Notes: generated by a model not told the origin, from the letters alone. 64,000 nt of DNA from Eledone cirrhosa (GCA_964016885.1 OZ024741.1:159340001-159404000); one strand, 5' to 3'; numbered from the stretch's first letter, positions 37,323-52,659 are shown. Program-made: numbers and translations.

Positions 37323-39019
37323 AATAACAACAATAATATTAAAACGATTTTGGTCTTTGTAATTATTATTATTATATATATTACATCTCTCAAATGCGAT
37401 GACACATATCCGAGACCCCTGTCGTTATGCAGTAATACAGAAGACCCGACGTCCTACAGTACAAGCCAAAGCTGAAGCATATAGACAGTATGCCCCCAGC
37501 CCCCTCCCACTGTAAAGTGGTCATGTAGGTGCCACAGTAAAAAAGCATCCAGTACTGACTGTAAATGAGGCTGGTGTTAGAAAGAGCATCCAGCTGTAGA
37601 AATCAAGCCAAAATCAGTTCTGTATAAGGCATGGTCACTTGACCTTGGATTGCCCACAATAGGACAACCCATCTAATCCATGGTAGCATGGAAGAATGGA
37701 CGTAAACCGGTGATGATGATAATTATGATATATATATATATATCGACAGTCGATCGACTTTCGTCAAATCGGTCTTTCCAATTGCTAATACTATCTAACG
37801 GTCGCAACTCCAAGTAGAAGGAGCTAAGTGAAATAAAGTGTCTTGCTCAAGGACATAACGCATTGCTAGGTCCAGGAATCGAACTCACAACCTCAAGCAT
37901 GTGAAGGATTGGGATATATTTATGTCCATGAAAACATTTAGTAATGCATAAATAAGTCAAACTCTTTATATAAATATTCTCAACATCTGCTTTCTGTGTT
38001 GATTATACTTTTCTTTCATTTGTTCCCATACATTTATTTGCATGTGTATGTGTGTACATATATGTATGTGCATGTGTGCATGTGTAGGTGTTCTGTGACA
38101 TTTTGTTTAGTTGGTCAAATTCTCACTAGAAGCTGTACCAAATAACATCACCACCACCAAACATTTACTACCAAGGATGACATCTTGAGGAAAATGTCGG
38201 TCACTAAAATTAACTATAATTTACAACTTATAACATTAACACTTTTTTGTCATTTTATTTAGCCAGTATTTAAATATAAATATCTTGATCAACTTTCATA
38301 TACATATATATATATTTTATCTTTCTTCTCTCTCTCTCTCACATTTCTCCCCCCCCCCCTCCCCCCCCCTCTCTGAAGACATAATCTAGGATATTGGACT
38401 CATGATCATTTAGTCATGGGTTCAATTCCTGGTCAGAGTGGCATGTTGAGTTCTTAAGCAAGTTACTTCATTTCACATTGCATTTCATGATAAGCAGGAG
38501 GCCCTATCATTAAAATAACTGAGTAACTTCCTATGCAATACAGCCATATAGGAGGCCAGCTAAACATGCAGAGGTGTGAGTTGTAAATCATCATCATCAT
38601 TTAATGTTCATTTTCTTTGCTATCAAGAGTTGGATGTGTTGTCACAGATCAAGTCAGTACGCAAGCAGAGCTACTGACCTCTCAGATAAGCCAAGTTCTC
38701 CATCTCAATTAGATTCTGGCACTCTACTGGATGCTCAGGTGGGCCGCGGGCCTGCATCTTACTTGCACAACATTCCATGCTCCACTGAGTGTATTTTATC
38801 ACAGCACCAGCACTGTGGGAGTTGTCATGTCATTAACACAACTCAAGAATCTCCATGATCCTTTGTTTGGCAAGTTTTCTATAATTGGATGTCCTTTCTA
38901 TGATCAACCACTATACAGAGTGCACTGGATCTGTTTATTATGTAGATCACCAACACTAGGGAGATTGTCATATCTTTGACAAAGCTGAAGAGTCCTCCCT
39001 TACATGCATAGTGTATATA

Positions 39020-39800
39020 TGTCTTCTTCTTGTTGCTCAATGAGACCAGGGTTATCCTAGATCAGTGATCCCAGAGACATCATCGTGTATAGAGCTGACC
39101 AGGTCCATCACTGGCAGTTCCATGCCAGCCCCTCTGCATCCTTCAAGGTAACATCAAGCTTCTGGAGATCTTCCTTCATGATATCCAGTCATCTGTTGTG
39201 GAGCCTGACATGGAGCCAGCCCCAGCCTGTAGCTGTGGATGGGTCAGTTGAAGGTTGTACTAATGGCCTGAGTTTGCAATGGGTCGGTTGGAGAGAACCT
39301 GGCAAAAGAAGAGATGGTAGCATTGACATCCATCACGATGATCATGATGTCATGGGGTGGGATTTGTCCTAAAACCTGTTGGAGCTGGTCATAGTAGCCA
39401 TCCTTAACAGTGTCCTCTGCAATGCCTGTAGGGATATAGGCAACAACGATTGTCATCTTCCCGTGCCGGTGGAGAAAACAGCCAGACAGCAAACAGTCGC
39501 TCACTGGGTTACAGCTGATGAGCAAAGCAACTTATGGACGTGCTTGGGCATGGCCAGTGCCATGCTGAAGAGGTCTGTCAGGTCATCAGGACCACTCAAG
39601 ATGAGGCACTGGTCTTCTACAATGAATTCACCACTTCCAGACCAGCATGTCTTGCAAACTCTTGCCAGTGTGATGTTGTAGTGGGATAGCTCTCAAGACA
39701 GCAGAGTGGCTGCTCTGGGGCAAAGGAGCAACAGGACATTCCATTTGGCAACACAAATTTTGTAGCATAAGTCATTTTTCATTAGAGGGAGAGGGGGCAT
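39020..39800 (-). mobile_element. LINE APE endonuclease fragment (RTE-like)
   Basis: MTIVVAYIPT..AEDTVKDGYYDQLQ..L..IP.HD..IVMDVNA. Confidence 0.85.
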
Positions 39801-40398
39801 GCAGGGGTCTTTTCTGATGTTGGGAAGTCTGGTTTCTTCTGATCAATTTCGTAACAGGTTGATGGTTCTTCTGGGAGGGTTGTTGGGCTAGTAATAATTT
39901 GTGACTAGTAAGTGGACCACAAGTTTATTTAGATGCTGATACAATATACTGAAGATAATGTTAAGAACAGGTAATACATAAATCACTCATTAAAATATCA
40001 CAATAAAAGTTCACATTGATGAGTCAGCTAAAAATATGGCAGTATGAAAGAAATATATATTTTTGTTTGTGGTTAAGAGTTCACAATAAAATTTAACGGG
40101 TACTAAACCGTATCCAAAATATCTTGGTTTGAAAAAGAAATAATGTTAATTGTTTTTACAGTTAATAGTTTAGAAAAATTGTTGTCATTATAATTAACAG
40201 TTTTTCTAGCATAAATTTGCAAATGTATAGTTGAAGTAGGGCAATATTCATATTTATCTGGAGTAGTCAAAATATTTCCATGATTATTAAAAAAAATATT
40301 TTGAACTGTTTTCATGTATGTAAATTTTTACTGTCATATCTTAATGAGTGATTTATGTATTATCTGTTCTAAACATTATCTTGAGTAAATTATATCAG

Positions 40399-40730
40399 CT
40401 TAGTGGTTAGAGCATTGGCCTTGCAATCGAAAGGTTGTGAGTTCAATTCTCAGACCGGGTGATGTGTTGTTTCCTTGAGCAAGACACTTTATTTCACATT
40501 GCTCCAGTTTACTCAGCTGTAGAAATGAGATGATAGGGACTTGGGTCCCTATCATTCCACTGCAAAGTGGTCGTGGAGGTGCCACGGCAAAAAAGCACCC
40601 AGCACTCACTGTAAATGAGGTTGGTGTTAGGAAGGGCATCCAGCTGTAGAAATCAAGCCAGAATCAGTTCCCGTCCCACCCTTGCAAGCAGGGAAAAAGC
40701 GGACGTAAAATGAAATGATGATGATGATGA
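40399..40730 (+). mobile_element. SINE family S2
   Basis: Near-identical to 9473-9747. Confidence 0.9.
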
Positions 40731-40902
40731 TTTAGATAAACTCCAATGACACCCACAGTATACTCACTAGTCAGGAATTATTAAATTAAATAATTTGCTA
40801 TAGGTAGCGTAACCCGGGTAGAAATAGTTGTCAGTTTATAAATGCCTTAATTCTTTGGTTTATATACAAACTATAAATATATATATATATATATACATAT
40901 AT

Positions 40903-41400
40903 ATCTGAGGTAGTATCAAAAAGTTTCTGGATTAGTTATGTTTAAAAAATATATATATTTACCTAAGTTTTAACATCATCTCCTTTGAAATAGTCACCTT
41001 GCGCAGCAATACACCAGTCCCAGCGTTCCTGCTACTTTTGGAATCAGGCCTGGAAGTTGTTTTCCAAAAATGAGTTGAGGACATTCTGCAATTTTCTCTG
41101 GTGCATTTTCAGCTTGCAGAACAGATGGAAGTCTGCAGGTGCTAATTCTGGTGAATAGGGCAGGTGTGATACAATGTTGTTTTTAGCGAGAAATTCACAA
41201 GTAAGGAGAGCTCAGTAACAGGGTGAATTGTCGTTATGAAGAATCCAACTCTGCACGGACCCATACGACAGACCAACAACATCAGCAATATCATTGATTG
41301 TCCTCCAACAACCCTCATGCACAAGCTGAGGGTTGTCGGAGGACAACCTCTACATTTCTCCACATTTTCGATTGTTTGTCATCTTCCAAGGATGTTCTTC
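40903..41400 (-). mobile_element. Mariner transposon 3' relic
   Basis: TIR-like gaggtagtatcaaaaagtttc; minus strand FQA*FQK*QERWDWCIAAQGDYFKG is the mariner transposase C-terminus. Confidence 0.85.
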
Positions 41401-41993
41401 CACAACTTCTAGAGAGCTCCCCTGGCAGCAGAGGAAATCTATTTCATGTATGTTAGATCGATATATAATTGTAATATATAACGATCATGTGGCTGTATGA
41501 GAATTAGGGCTAAAAATCCAAGACCTCAGAGCTTTTACTTTTTTTTTACTTTTGTTAAACTTTTATCCTCTGTTAGCCTCCTTTCACCTCTACTGTCACC
41601 ACTACAACTATCAACTCATCCCACAAACACCACGTCCATCACCATCACCTTCTCCCAACATCACTACCCCCACCAACATCACCTCCTTTCACCTTTATTC
41701 TCTATTGTAACCTTACTGTATGTCACCCCCTTGTGATATCATTAACAGGTTCATTGTTTGTCAGTCCCCATATCTGTCACCTGCTAGGGTAGGAAGAGAA
41801 GGGGCTGTTAGGGACCACCCACCAGTAGCAGTACACCTTACTACTGCTGTTGTTATATTTATATATGTGTGTGTGAGTGTGTAAATGTGTGTGCAAAAAG
41901 TAAACGGATAAACAACACAGCAAAACGATAGAGTACAATTAAGGTATATGTTAGTTTAACACTTAATATAGTAGCTATATGTGTGTGTGTGTG

Positions 41994-42034
<41 letters not shown>

Positions 42035-42222
42035 TTTTTCCTCCACCCTCCCATGGGTTTTGCTATAAGCCATGGTGAAGGCATCCCAACTAGAAGAGCA
42101 GTCACTTACAAATAAAACTGAAACAGGGTAGAAACTTCAGTCAAGTCTGATAGCTTCTCTTGTGGCAGTGGCACAATGAAATACACCCAGTCCATGCTGT
42201 AAAGTGCTTGGTGATAGGAAGG

Positions 42223-42795
42223 AAATTATTGTGTACAATGCTCAGGTGCACTACAACTCATCAAATGTGCATGTATAGTACATAGAATAATGTACAAATG
42301 TCAGAAAAAGGAACAGTGTACGAGTCATGATATACATGTGTGCGTGTGTATGGAGGGGGGACATTAGGTGTAGTGTTGGCGAATTTCAGGAAGCATGGAG
42401 GTTTTAAAGGATGCAGTGTCTCGACAGCTAATAACTGATGCAGGTAGTTTGTTCCATGCTTCAGCAACTCTGAGCATGAAAAAATGTTTCCGAAAGTCAT
42501 GGGAGCTGTGCTGTTTTCTGACTTTGTAGGTATGGCCACATGTGCTAGACACATGGAAATCTGGAAATCAAAAAGCTGCTCAGGGTTGTTGTTAGCAAGA
42601 TCGTTAATGATTTTCTGGGTGTTTATCAAGTTAGTTGCCAGACGGAGCTGCAATGTATCCATGCCCAAGGAAGCAAGGTGACAGAGTATGGTAGATGCCT
42701 GATGGAGGCTATTTGCTTCGTTGCACGTCTCTGAACAGTTTCCAGGCGGTCAATGTTCTGAGCAAGATAGGGGTTCCAGACTGGTGATGCATCTA
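42223..42795 (-). mobile_element. CR1-group LINE 3' end
   Basis: ASPVWNPYLAQNIDRLETVQRRATK...HFFMLRVAEAWNKL. Confidence 0.9.
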
Positions 42796-42879
42796 ACAAG
42801 TAAAACCCTGTAAAAAAATATGATACATGTAGCATATAAAATTCATACTAATTGTGTATACCAGATTAACATGAAAAAA

Positions 42880-43505
42880 AGCTGAAAGCTAGAGGTTTGT
42901 CAATTCCTCAAAGCATGAAGATCAGAGTCATGGGGTGTTCTGAATTGCTTAACAGTGTATCTGTGAAAACCAGGACATGTTGGGAGAAAAGTTCGTTTGA
43001 AATGACACTGGTACTCCTAGCCTTATTGATACCCAAAGGAAAGAGGCTTGGAAATGTTATGAGAAGAGTGAGTGGGAGGAAAAGAGCCTACTCCCAGCTG
43101 ACCTAACAAAGGGAAAAGCTATGGAAATCAACAGTTATAGGGTCAAAAAAGCTATCATGGAGATGAAAAATGGTAAAACTGCCAGTCTGTCAGAGATTGT
43201 TGCTAGAGAAATAGGTGTCAGAATAGCCACATAATCAATCAGGCAATACATGATAGAATCATACTCAATGACTAGTTTATTACCTTTTCCCTAGTTACAA
43301 AGGAAAAGTTGATGTACTAGAAAGAAGCAACTACAGGGCCATAACATTAATGGACAAAATTATGAAAGTGGGAGAAAGACATTTAGCACAACTAATTTTA
43401 GGAAGAGTCAAATTAGATGAAATGCAATTTCGTTTTGTGTCAGCATGGAGCACCACAAATGCTCTCTTCTTGGTGAAACACTTGCAAGAAAAGTTCATAA
43501 TGTGT
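42880..43505 (+). mobile_element. Decayed RTE LINE fragment
   Basis: NYRAITLM...LDEMQFRFV..STTNALFLVKHLQEK. Confidence 0.8.
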
Positions 43506-44178
43506 AAGCCATTATATCTACACACATACCCACATACATATCATCACAGACATATGTATGACCATACATACACTTTCGTTTAGAAATGTATACATATATA
43601 TATATGTTGTTGGTTCCACAGAACATCCTGTCCACAGTGTAAAGTGGTCGTGTAGGTGTCTCAACAAAAAATCACCCACTCCACGCTGTAAAGTGGTCGT
43701 GTAGGAGACACGGTAAAAAGGCTCCCAGTCTACACTGTAAATGTGGTTGGTGTTAGGAAGGGCATCCAGCCGTAGAAAACCTGCCAGAGACACTTCCATA
43801 CTAGCGAGACACGGTCACCCGACCAATCTTGCCTCAAGTAGGACAATCCCTTCTAACCCATGCTAGTGTGGAAGATGGACATTACACAATGATGATGATA
43901 TATATATATATAAGAGAGAGATTCCTTTGTACCTCAACCATGCATAAGTATAACTTTATGTGCTTTTAACATCATTTCCCCCTATATTTGCTCTGAAGTG
44001 ATTTGTAGAGCACTATCGAGCAGTGTGGAATAATAGAATATGTAATACTGTAGATTTCATAGGCTGATTATGTAACACATTGAAACACATGTAAGACTCT
44101 TCAGTATTTAATAAAGGAATCATTGAATATCAGCTAATGTCCCTTATTTTTCTATTAAACTGTATCTATCTATCTATC

Positions 44179-44219
<41 letters not shown>

Positions 44220-44310
44220 TATGTATTTCCGTAGAAAAGGTAAAGGAAAGAAGAGTGCTCTATGTGTAGTACAGAACTATTTAATTACATAATAAACAAT
44301 ACAATATAAT

Positions 44311-44377
44311 TATTCCATTACCATAGGTTTCAGGAAACTAGACAATCTTAACAGAAACATCCGGTACGCTCATCAGA

Positions 44378-44384
<7 letters not shown>
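44311..44384 (-). ncRNA. Type I hammerhead ribozyme (stem II imperfect)
   Basis: Reverse complement tattcat-CTGATGA-...-GAAA-cctatgg-TA-atggaata. Confidence 0.7.
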
Positions 44385-44426
<42 letters not shown>

Positions 44427-44615
44427 ATATATATCTATATATATATATTTATATGTGTGTGTGTATATACTCCACTTTGCGTTCATACTCATTACCAAGG
44501 CTATCTAACAGCTTTTTTTTTTTTGTGTGTCTTTACTGCGATAGCTTACATTTCTAATAATTTCAAACCAACTCGCTGTTTCGATAAATATTCTTACTTT
44601 CGAAAATATTCTTTT

Positions 44616-44679
<64 letters not shown>

Positions 44680-44725
44680 TGTGTGTGTATATATATATAT
44701 GTGTATATATAAGTGTATATATATG

Positions 44726-44782
<57 letters not shown>

Positions 44783-44810
44783 GTATATATATATATGTAT
44801 ATAAATATAT

Positions 44811-45893
44811 AGCTGGTCCCTCTGTCAGATCTACCAAGAGTAATTTCTCTCTCTCCCATTTGTTCTCCACATTCATCAGTCTCTCATAATGACATTTCCA
44901 GGCCTCCTTTTTCTGATCATTCGTGACACTAAGTAGACCGGCATCATCCCGGACACATTTATCTCCAACAACATCCTGATTTGCATTGACACACTGCCTT
45001 GCAATGTGGAACACCGCACGCCTCTGATCTTCCCGTCGCAGAACATTGGCAAACCTCCTACTCTCTGCCTCCCTGCGTGCTAAGTACACCTGACGCCTAG
45101 CTTCTCTCTTAGTGGCTGTATATTCTTCCCTACTCCCACCCTTTTTCCAAGCCTTCCATGCTAGTCTTTTGTCTCTAATAGCCTTATCTACTGTGCTGTT
45201 CCACCACCAGGTCACTCTCTGTCTGGTTGGAGCTCTGCTCCAGCCACAGGTTTCATCAGTAGCCTGCAGCAAGTTGTCACATAAGAAATTCCAGTTATTA
45301 TCTATGTCATTCGTCTCTAAATCGTCTTCTTTTTCGACATATACATCTTGAAGGGCTTTCCTAAATTTGTATTTTAGTGAAAGGTCTTTTAGCTTCCAGA
45401 CCTTTCTTCTCCACACCTTCCTGTATGTCTCATTCCATCTCTTGCTTACTGAAATATCAGTAACGACTAATCTATGCTGTGGGGTACATTCTTCCCCAGG
45501 GTATGCCTTGGTATTAGACACTATCTGCCTGTCCCGCTGCCTAACTAGTAAGAAGTCAATCTGGCTTATGTGCTCACCAGATTTGTAGGTTATTAGGTGA
45601 TTGGCAGGTTTCTGGAAGTTTGTGTTGCAAATAGTCAATGTACCCGCATCACAAAATTCAAGAAGTCTCACTCCTTCTTCATTTTCTGAACCGTAACCGT
45701 GCCCACCATGTACCCCAGTGTAACCATCCTGGAGCTGTCCAACATGACCATTGAAGTCTCCTGCTAGCATAACGATGTCTCCGTCCTCTGTCATTGCGGT
45801 TGTTTGCAAAAGTTGCTTATAAAAGCAGTCTTTCTCATCTTTGCCTAGGCCTGCTTGGGGAGCATAGGCCGAGATGATTGTCAGTAGTCTCCT
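44811..45893 (-). mobile_element. RTE-clade LINE: open segment encoding the APE endonuclease C-terminal half and linker
   Basis: [10 protein letters not shown]...GDFNGHVG...SQIDFLLVR...QHRLVV. Both ends of track ORF 44505-45920 are microsatellite. Confidence 0.95.
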
Positions 45894-46261
45894 ATATATC
45901 ATCATCATCATCATCATCAACGTTTAACGTCCGTGTTCCACGCTTGCATGGGTTTGGACGGGGGTTTTCCCACTTGAGGCAAGAGTGATTGTCTTGCTCG
46001 CATAGGAGTGTCTGGCGGGTTTTCTACAGCTGGATGCCCTTCCTAACACCAACCACATTTACAGTGTGGGGCTGGGAGGTTGTTACCGTGTTGCCTACAC
46101 GGCCACATTACAGCGTGGACTGTGTGTTTTTTTTTGTCGTGACACCTACACGATCTCATTTGTTTCGGCCTGGATGTTGTGGCACCAACATAACTTTACA
46201 TTGAAAGGGGCGGTGTGGATGGGGTGGGGATGGTGGGACGGGGGTGTATTTTGTTAGAGAT

Positions 46262-46548
46262 GCCTACTAACTGTAGTAGGTTTTACTTTGTATTTAGGTA
46301 AGGCGGGTCTTCTCTATTACTGAGTACCGCCAAAGGTCTCAGTCCAGTGACATTGTCTTGGAGAGGTGTAAGTGTGTGAGGTCAGAATTTATCAGCTCGT
46401 CCCAGGTTTCTGGGTCTGCCTACTCCGTGGCTACCGTCTATCTTTATTGCCCTGCACTTTGTTATACAGCTGTCGTCTTTCATGCGCATCACGTGACCAT
46501 ACCAACGTAGCCTTCTCTCGAGTAAACAACATCTGATCCCTCTTATTT
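46262..46548 (-). mobile_element. RTE LINE 3' end
   Basis: [19 protein letters not shown]...GVGRPR. Confidence 0.85.
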
Positions 46549-46549
46549 C

Positions 46550-46573
46550 TATATATATATATTTATATATATG

Positions 46574-46604
<31 letters not shown>

Positions 46605-46723
46605 GTATATGTATATATATGTATGTATATGTATATATATGTATATATATATATGTATATATATATATACATATATATATGTATATGTATATATATGTAT
46701 ATATATGTATATGTATGTATATG

Positions 46724-46761
<38 letters not shown>

Positions 46762-46980
46762 TATATATATGTATATGTATGTATATATATGTATATGTAT
46801 GTATATATATGTATGTATATGTATATATATGTATATGTATATATATATGTATATGTATATATATGTATGTATATGTATATATATGTATATGTATATGTAT
46901 ATATATGTATATATATATGTATATATATGTATATATATATGTATATATATATATATATATATGAATATATATATATTTAT
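46550..46980. repeat. TA/TATG microsatellite
   Basis: Seen directly. Confidence 0.99.
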
Positions 46981-47257
46981 TTACGTACGTATAGCACGGA
47001 GTGCATGTGTATAAACACACACGCACCATGTTATATTTTGACGGTATTGTATTAGCTCAATGTACGAGAACAGAGCCGTTATCAAATTGTATCTGCATCT
47101 TGTGAGATCTGCTTGTGCCTTAGCATATAGCTGTGGTGCTTAACAACCCCAGCATGTACTCTCTCCTTATTCGCCATCTCCGATCTCCCTATCTTTACCC
47201 TCTATTGTATTCCGATTGTTCGTGTGACTAAGCTTGGTAGAGCTTATACTCAGCACC

Positions 47258-47315
47258 TTATTAAGCTCTGATGAATTCTACCCAATGGTATGGATGAAAC
47301 ATTGTAAGCAAATAA
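47258..47315 (+). ncRNA. Minimal type I hammerhead ribozyme
   Basis: ttatt..gct-CTGATGA(47268)-attctacc/ggtatggat-GAAA(47296)-cattg-TA-agc.aataa; outer pairing atactca/tgagtat. Confidence 0.85.
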
Positions 47316-47408
47316 AAACTGTTTGAGTATGTAAGCGTTCTTTGGTTTCTTTTACATATTTATATATACATATACATATATATATATATATACATATACA
47401 TATACATA

Positions 47409-47439
<31 letters not shown>

Positions 47440-47686
47440 GTGTGTTTGTGTGTATTAAAAAAAGGCAAGCCCAGATACAAAACAATTAATGATATATATA
47501 CATATATATATAATATATATAAATATAATTAAACGATGATCGTCATCATATAGTTTACACATACATATAATGTAAATTATCATCACCATTTAATGTTTAG
47601 CAGGGAAAGTGGATGTTAAATGATGATGTGTGTGTATGTGTAAATTATATATACAAATACATATGTGTGTGTATACACCTATGTGT

Positions 47687-47772
<86 letters not shown>

Positions 47773-48151
47773 CATATGTGTGTGTGCATCACCAGTCTGC
47801 TGTAAAACATTGACTCTGTTTAGCATTACTAAATATCAGCAGCTACTCCCCCAACATAACATCACTACTACTACTACCACCACTGCCACCTTCTGTGTGT
47901 TAGGCCTCAGTCAGTGGAGTTAAGCCAGTGGTTGCAAACTAGAAAAACTGGGCTCTTGGCTTCCCTCTTTGTTCACATCACCACTATCACCACAACCACA
48001 TATCTCAACTTTACTTTTAATCTATTTATCTATCTAGCTGTCTATCTATCTATTTATTTTTTTGCCTGTGTTTATTTATTTATATTTACCAATCTACCTA
48101 CTTCACTCCCTCTTTACCTACCTAACTTACCTGCCTGCCTGCATACATACA

Positions 48152-48185
<34 letters not shown>

Positions 48186-49036
48186 CATACATACATACAT
48201 ACATACATACATACATACATACATACATACATACATACATACATACACCATGTTAGAAGTACAAGATCCATATACATCTGTGTTTGATGTTAGAATGTAA
48301 GTATTTTTATATTTATCTCAAAATCATTCTATCACTTTTATAGAAATATATATATTGTTTGTTTTTTAATATATGCCATGTGTTAGGCCATGTGTATCCG
48401 GTATGGAATAGGCATGCTGTATCCCTGTACGTTGTAAGAAGTGACTGAAAGGGTTAGTATCAAAATGGGCATCTGGCTGTAAAACATTGCCTCAAAAAGT
48501 CCTGTCCAACCCATGCCAGCATGGAAAAGTAGACGAAAAAATAAAAGGAACAAAACAATTTATTTTATGTAGGTGTTTTATATCTATAAAAGTAAAATGA
48601 AAAAAAAAAAATGAAATTTACAGCTCACACCTATGTAGGTTTAGCCGGCCTCTTCATACAATCTTGTTTCTCATTAGATGTTTCTTGTGTGTTTTCATTA
48701 TAGGGGCTCCTGCCCTATCATAAAAAAAACAATGTGGAATGAAGGGTCTTGCTTAACAACACAATACACCACCTGGTCAAAGATTTGAACCTATGGCCCT
48801 ATGATCATCCTAACTACTAGGCCTCATGCCATCACACACACACGTGTGTGTGTCATATGTGTGTTTTGTGTCATGTGTGTGTGTTATGTATGTATATATA
48901 TATATGTGTGTGTGTATGTATGATATGTTGTTGATATGTGTATTGTATATGTATATGTATATGTGCATTTTATATATCTATATTGGTGTTATATATACTT
49001 ATATATGTGTGTGCTACATGTAATTGATATGAGTAT

Positions 49037-50319
<1,283 letters not shown>

Positions 50320-50431
50320 AAAGAGGAATTCCAACTTTGTCTGATTTACTCGTTTTATTTACAATCCTTTAAAATTTATAATGGTATTATCATGAAATAG
50401 TATGATAGAATATTAAATTCTAAGTGTTAAT

Positions 50432-50470
50432 TGAACAAGTACTTTCATGCTTTCGCAATCTTCGGGTTCA
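50432..50470 (-). ncRNA. Minimal hammerhead variant (left palindrome arm)
   Basis: Reverse complement of 50531-50569. Confidence 0.65.
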
Positions 50471-50530
50471 TAATATGTGGTGACAGTCAAGTTTGCAGAA
50501 CATTGCAAACTTGACTGTCACCACATATTA

Positions 50531-50569
50531 TGAACCCGAAGATTGCGAAAGCATGAAAGTACTTGTTCA
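50531..50569 (+). ncRNA. Minimal hammerhead variant (right palindrome arm)
   Basis: tgaac-CCGAAGA-ttgc gaaa gcat-GAAA-gtac-TT-gttca; U4-to-C core variant. Confidence 0.65.
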
Positions 50570-50727
50570 ATTAACACTTAGAATTTAATATTCTATCATA
50601 CTATTTCATGATAATACCATTATAAATTTTAAAGGATTGTAAATAAAACGAGTAAATCAGACAAAGTTGGAATTCCTCTTATTAATATAATCTTCTATAC
50701 ACAATCATACACACCCATGTATATTTA

Positions 50728-50772
<45 letters not shown>

Positions 50773-50802
50773 AGGCACATGGCTTAGTGGTTAAATCATT
50801 GG

Positions 50803-50854
<52 letters not shown>

Positions 50855-52659
50855 CATTTTATATATTTATTTTAGTATTACATATATATATCATTGGATA
50901 CAGGTTTCCAGTATATATGTCACTGCTTCACTGCATTTCTAGTAGTAAGTGTGACAAGTGAGTGTCTGTAACTCTATGCAGAACAAAAGTCTCAAGGGAT
51001 ATCCTTTGTAAAGGATCAGTTTTCCATTTTCTTCTCCAATATACTGTGGTGACTTACATTGGTGAAAGTGGTGAAAGATATTCACCTACATACATACATC
51101 ATCATTATCATCATCATCCTTTAATTCTATTTTTCCAGCTATCAAGGGTTGGACTGGTCATCATAGACCAAGTCAGTACTAACGTGGAGCTACTAACCTC
51201 TAAGATGGGCTTAGGGCCTACATCTTGCTTATGTATGATCCTGTGTTCTACCAAGTGCATTTTATAGTAGCACTGGGAAGGTTCTCATACCTTTGACACA
51301 GCTGAAGAGTCCTTCAACTCTTTTGTTTAATAGGTTTTCAACAGCTGGAGACCTTTACCATCACTAACCACTTTATAGAATGCACTGGGTAGATTTATTG
51401 TGTAGACCACTAACACGAGAGAGGTTGTTGTGCCCTTGACACAACTGGTGAGTTTTTACAACCCCTTATTTTGGCATGCTCTCTCAGCTGGATGCCCTTC
51501 TTAAATGGAGCATGTTTGAATGGTTAAGAAGTTCACTTCTCAATCACTAGATCCTTGGTTCAATCCCACTTTGTGGTGTCTTGGACAGATGTCTTTTACG
51601 ATTGCCTCAGGTTGACCCATGCCTTGTGAGAGAAATTGGGTAGACATAAACTGTTTAGAAGCCTGTTAGATGGACAGTACCTGTAATTGAAAGGGTCAGC
51701 CTTGTCATACACTGTGTTATGCTAAATCTCCCTGAGAATTACACTAAGAGTACACGTCTGTGGAATGCTCGGCCACTTACATGTTTATTTCATGAGTAGG
51801 CTGTTTGCATTGCTTGAACAACTGGAATACTGATTGTTTGCCATTGTTTAACTGATCTTTGGGTTCCTTGATTCTAGGTCCTTCATCCATGTTGGAAATT
51901 CTTAAACTCATTTGGTTTTGAAAACCACAGCATAGAGGAGTTCCCACGGTCTGTCTGTCATTCTTGAACTTCTCTGTTAAGGGCTGGAGAAGTATGATAA
52001 AAAAGAGTGAGCTGATAACGCTCATCACCCTTCCCACCCTCGTCACCATTACTATACCTTCTACCACCACCACACCTCCCAGCACCACAACATACTCACT
52101 ACTACCACCCCCATTAACACTACTACCTCGACCACCACCCTGGACACCACTACCACAGATGCCACTACAACCTAGTCTGTGAACAGCAGTTACCTAGGTA
52201 ACATGTGGTGAAATTTCAACTACAACAACCAATTAACCAACAACTGAATACAAAAGAAGTATTTCTTCCATTCGTTCCTGTTATTAACTGGTGTCAGGAG
52301 GCAGGGAGCAAGGTCATAGTTTTCTCATCAAATCCTAGAATCATGTGAATGTGGATTGTGATGGTAGCAAGTGAAAACCACCATGATATTGACTCTTAAC
52401 ATCCTGCAATGATTTAGCAGAAAATATCTAAAACTGGATTTCTTAATTCAAATGTTTATAGTATCTTTAGTGGGGGGAAAATCATTGTGATAATGTGTAG
52501 TGTTATATCATCATCATCATCATCATGATTTTATATCTGCTTTACTATGCATTTATAGCATTCTTTCATTATCTTCTCTATGAGGTTCAGTTTTATGATA
52601 TAAGCTCTAACCACATCTGCCCAGGTTTTTCTTGGTCTTCCTCTTTGTGTTAGTAAAGT

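Larger units (their letters stand above)
50321..50680. repeat. Perfect palindrome: 177-bp arms, 6-nt spacer (gaacat, 50498-50503)
   Basis: Arms read as exact reverse complements. Confidence 0.97.

Noticed and set aside
37743-37800. GAAA-gtcgatcgac palindrome on the minus strand
   Set aside because: No CTGANGA box upstream.
44064-44100. CTGATTA...GAAAcacatgTA
   Set aside because: G8 is substituted and there is no stem I pairing.
44505-45920. 471-aa ORF as a host gene
   Set aside because: The core is an RTE LINE ORF; the poly-Met start and YI tail come from (ATG)n and (TA)n repeats.
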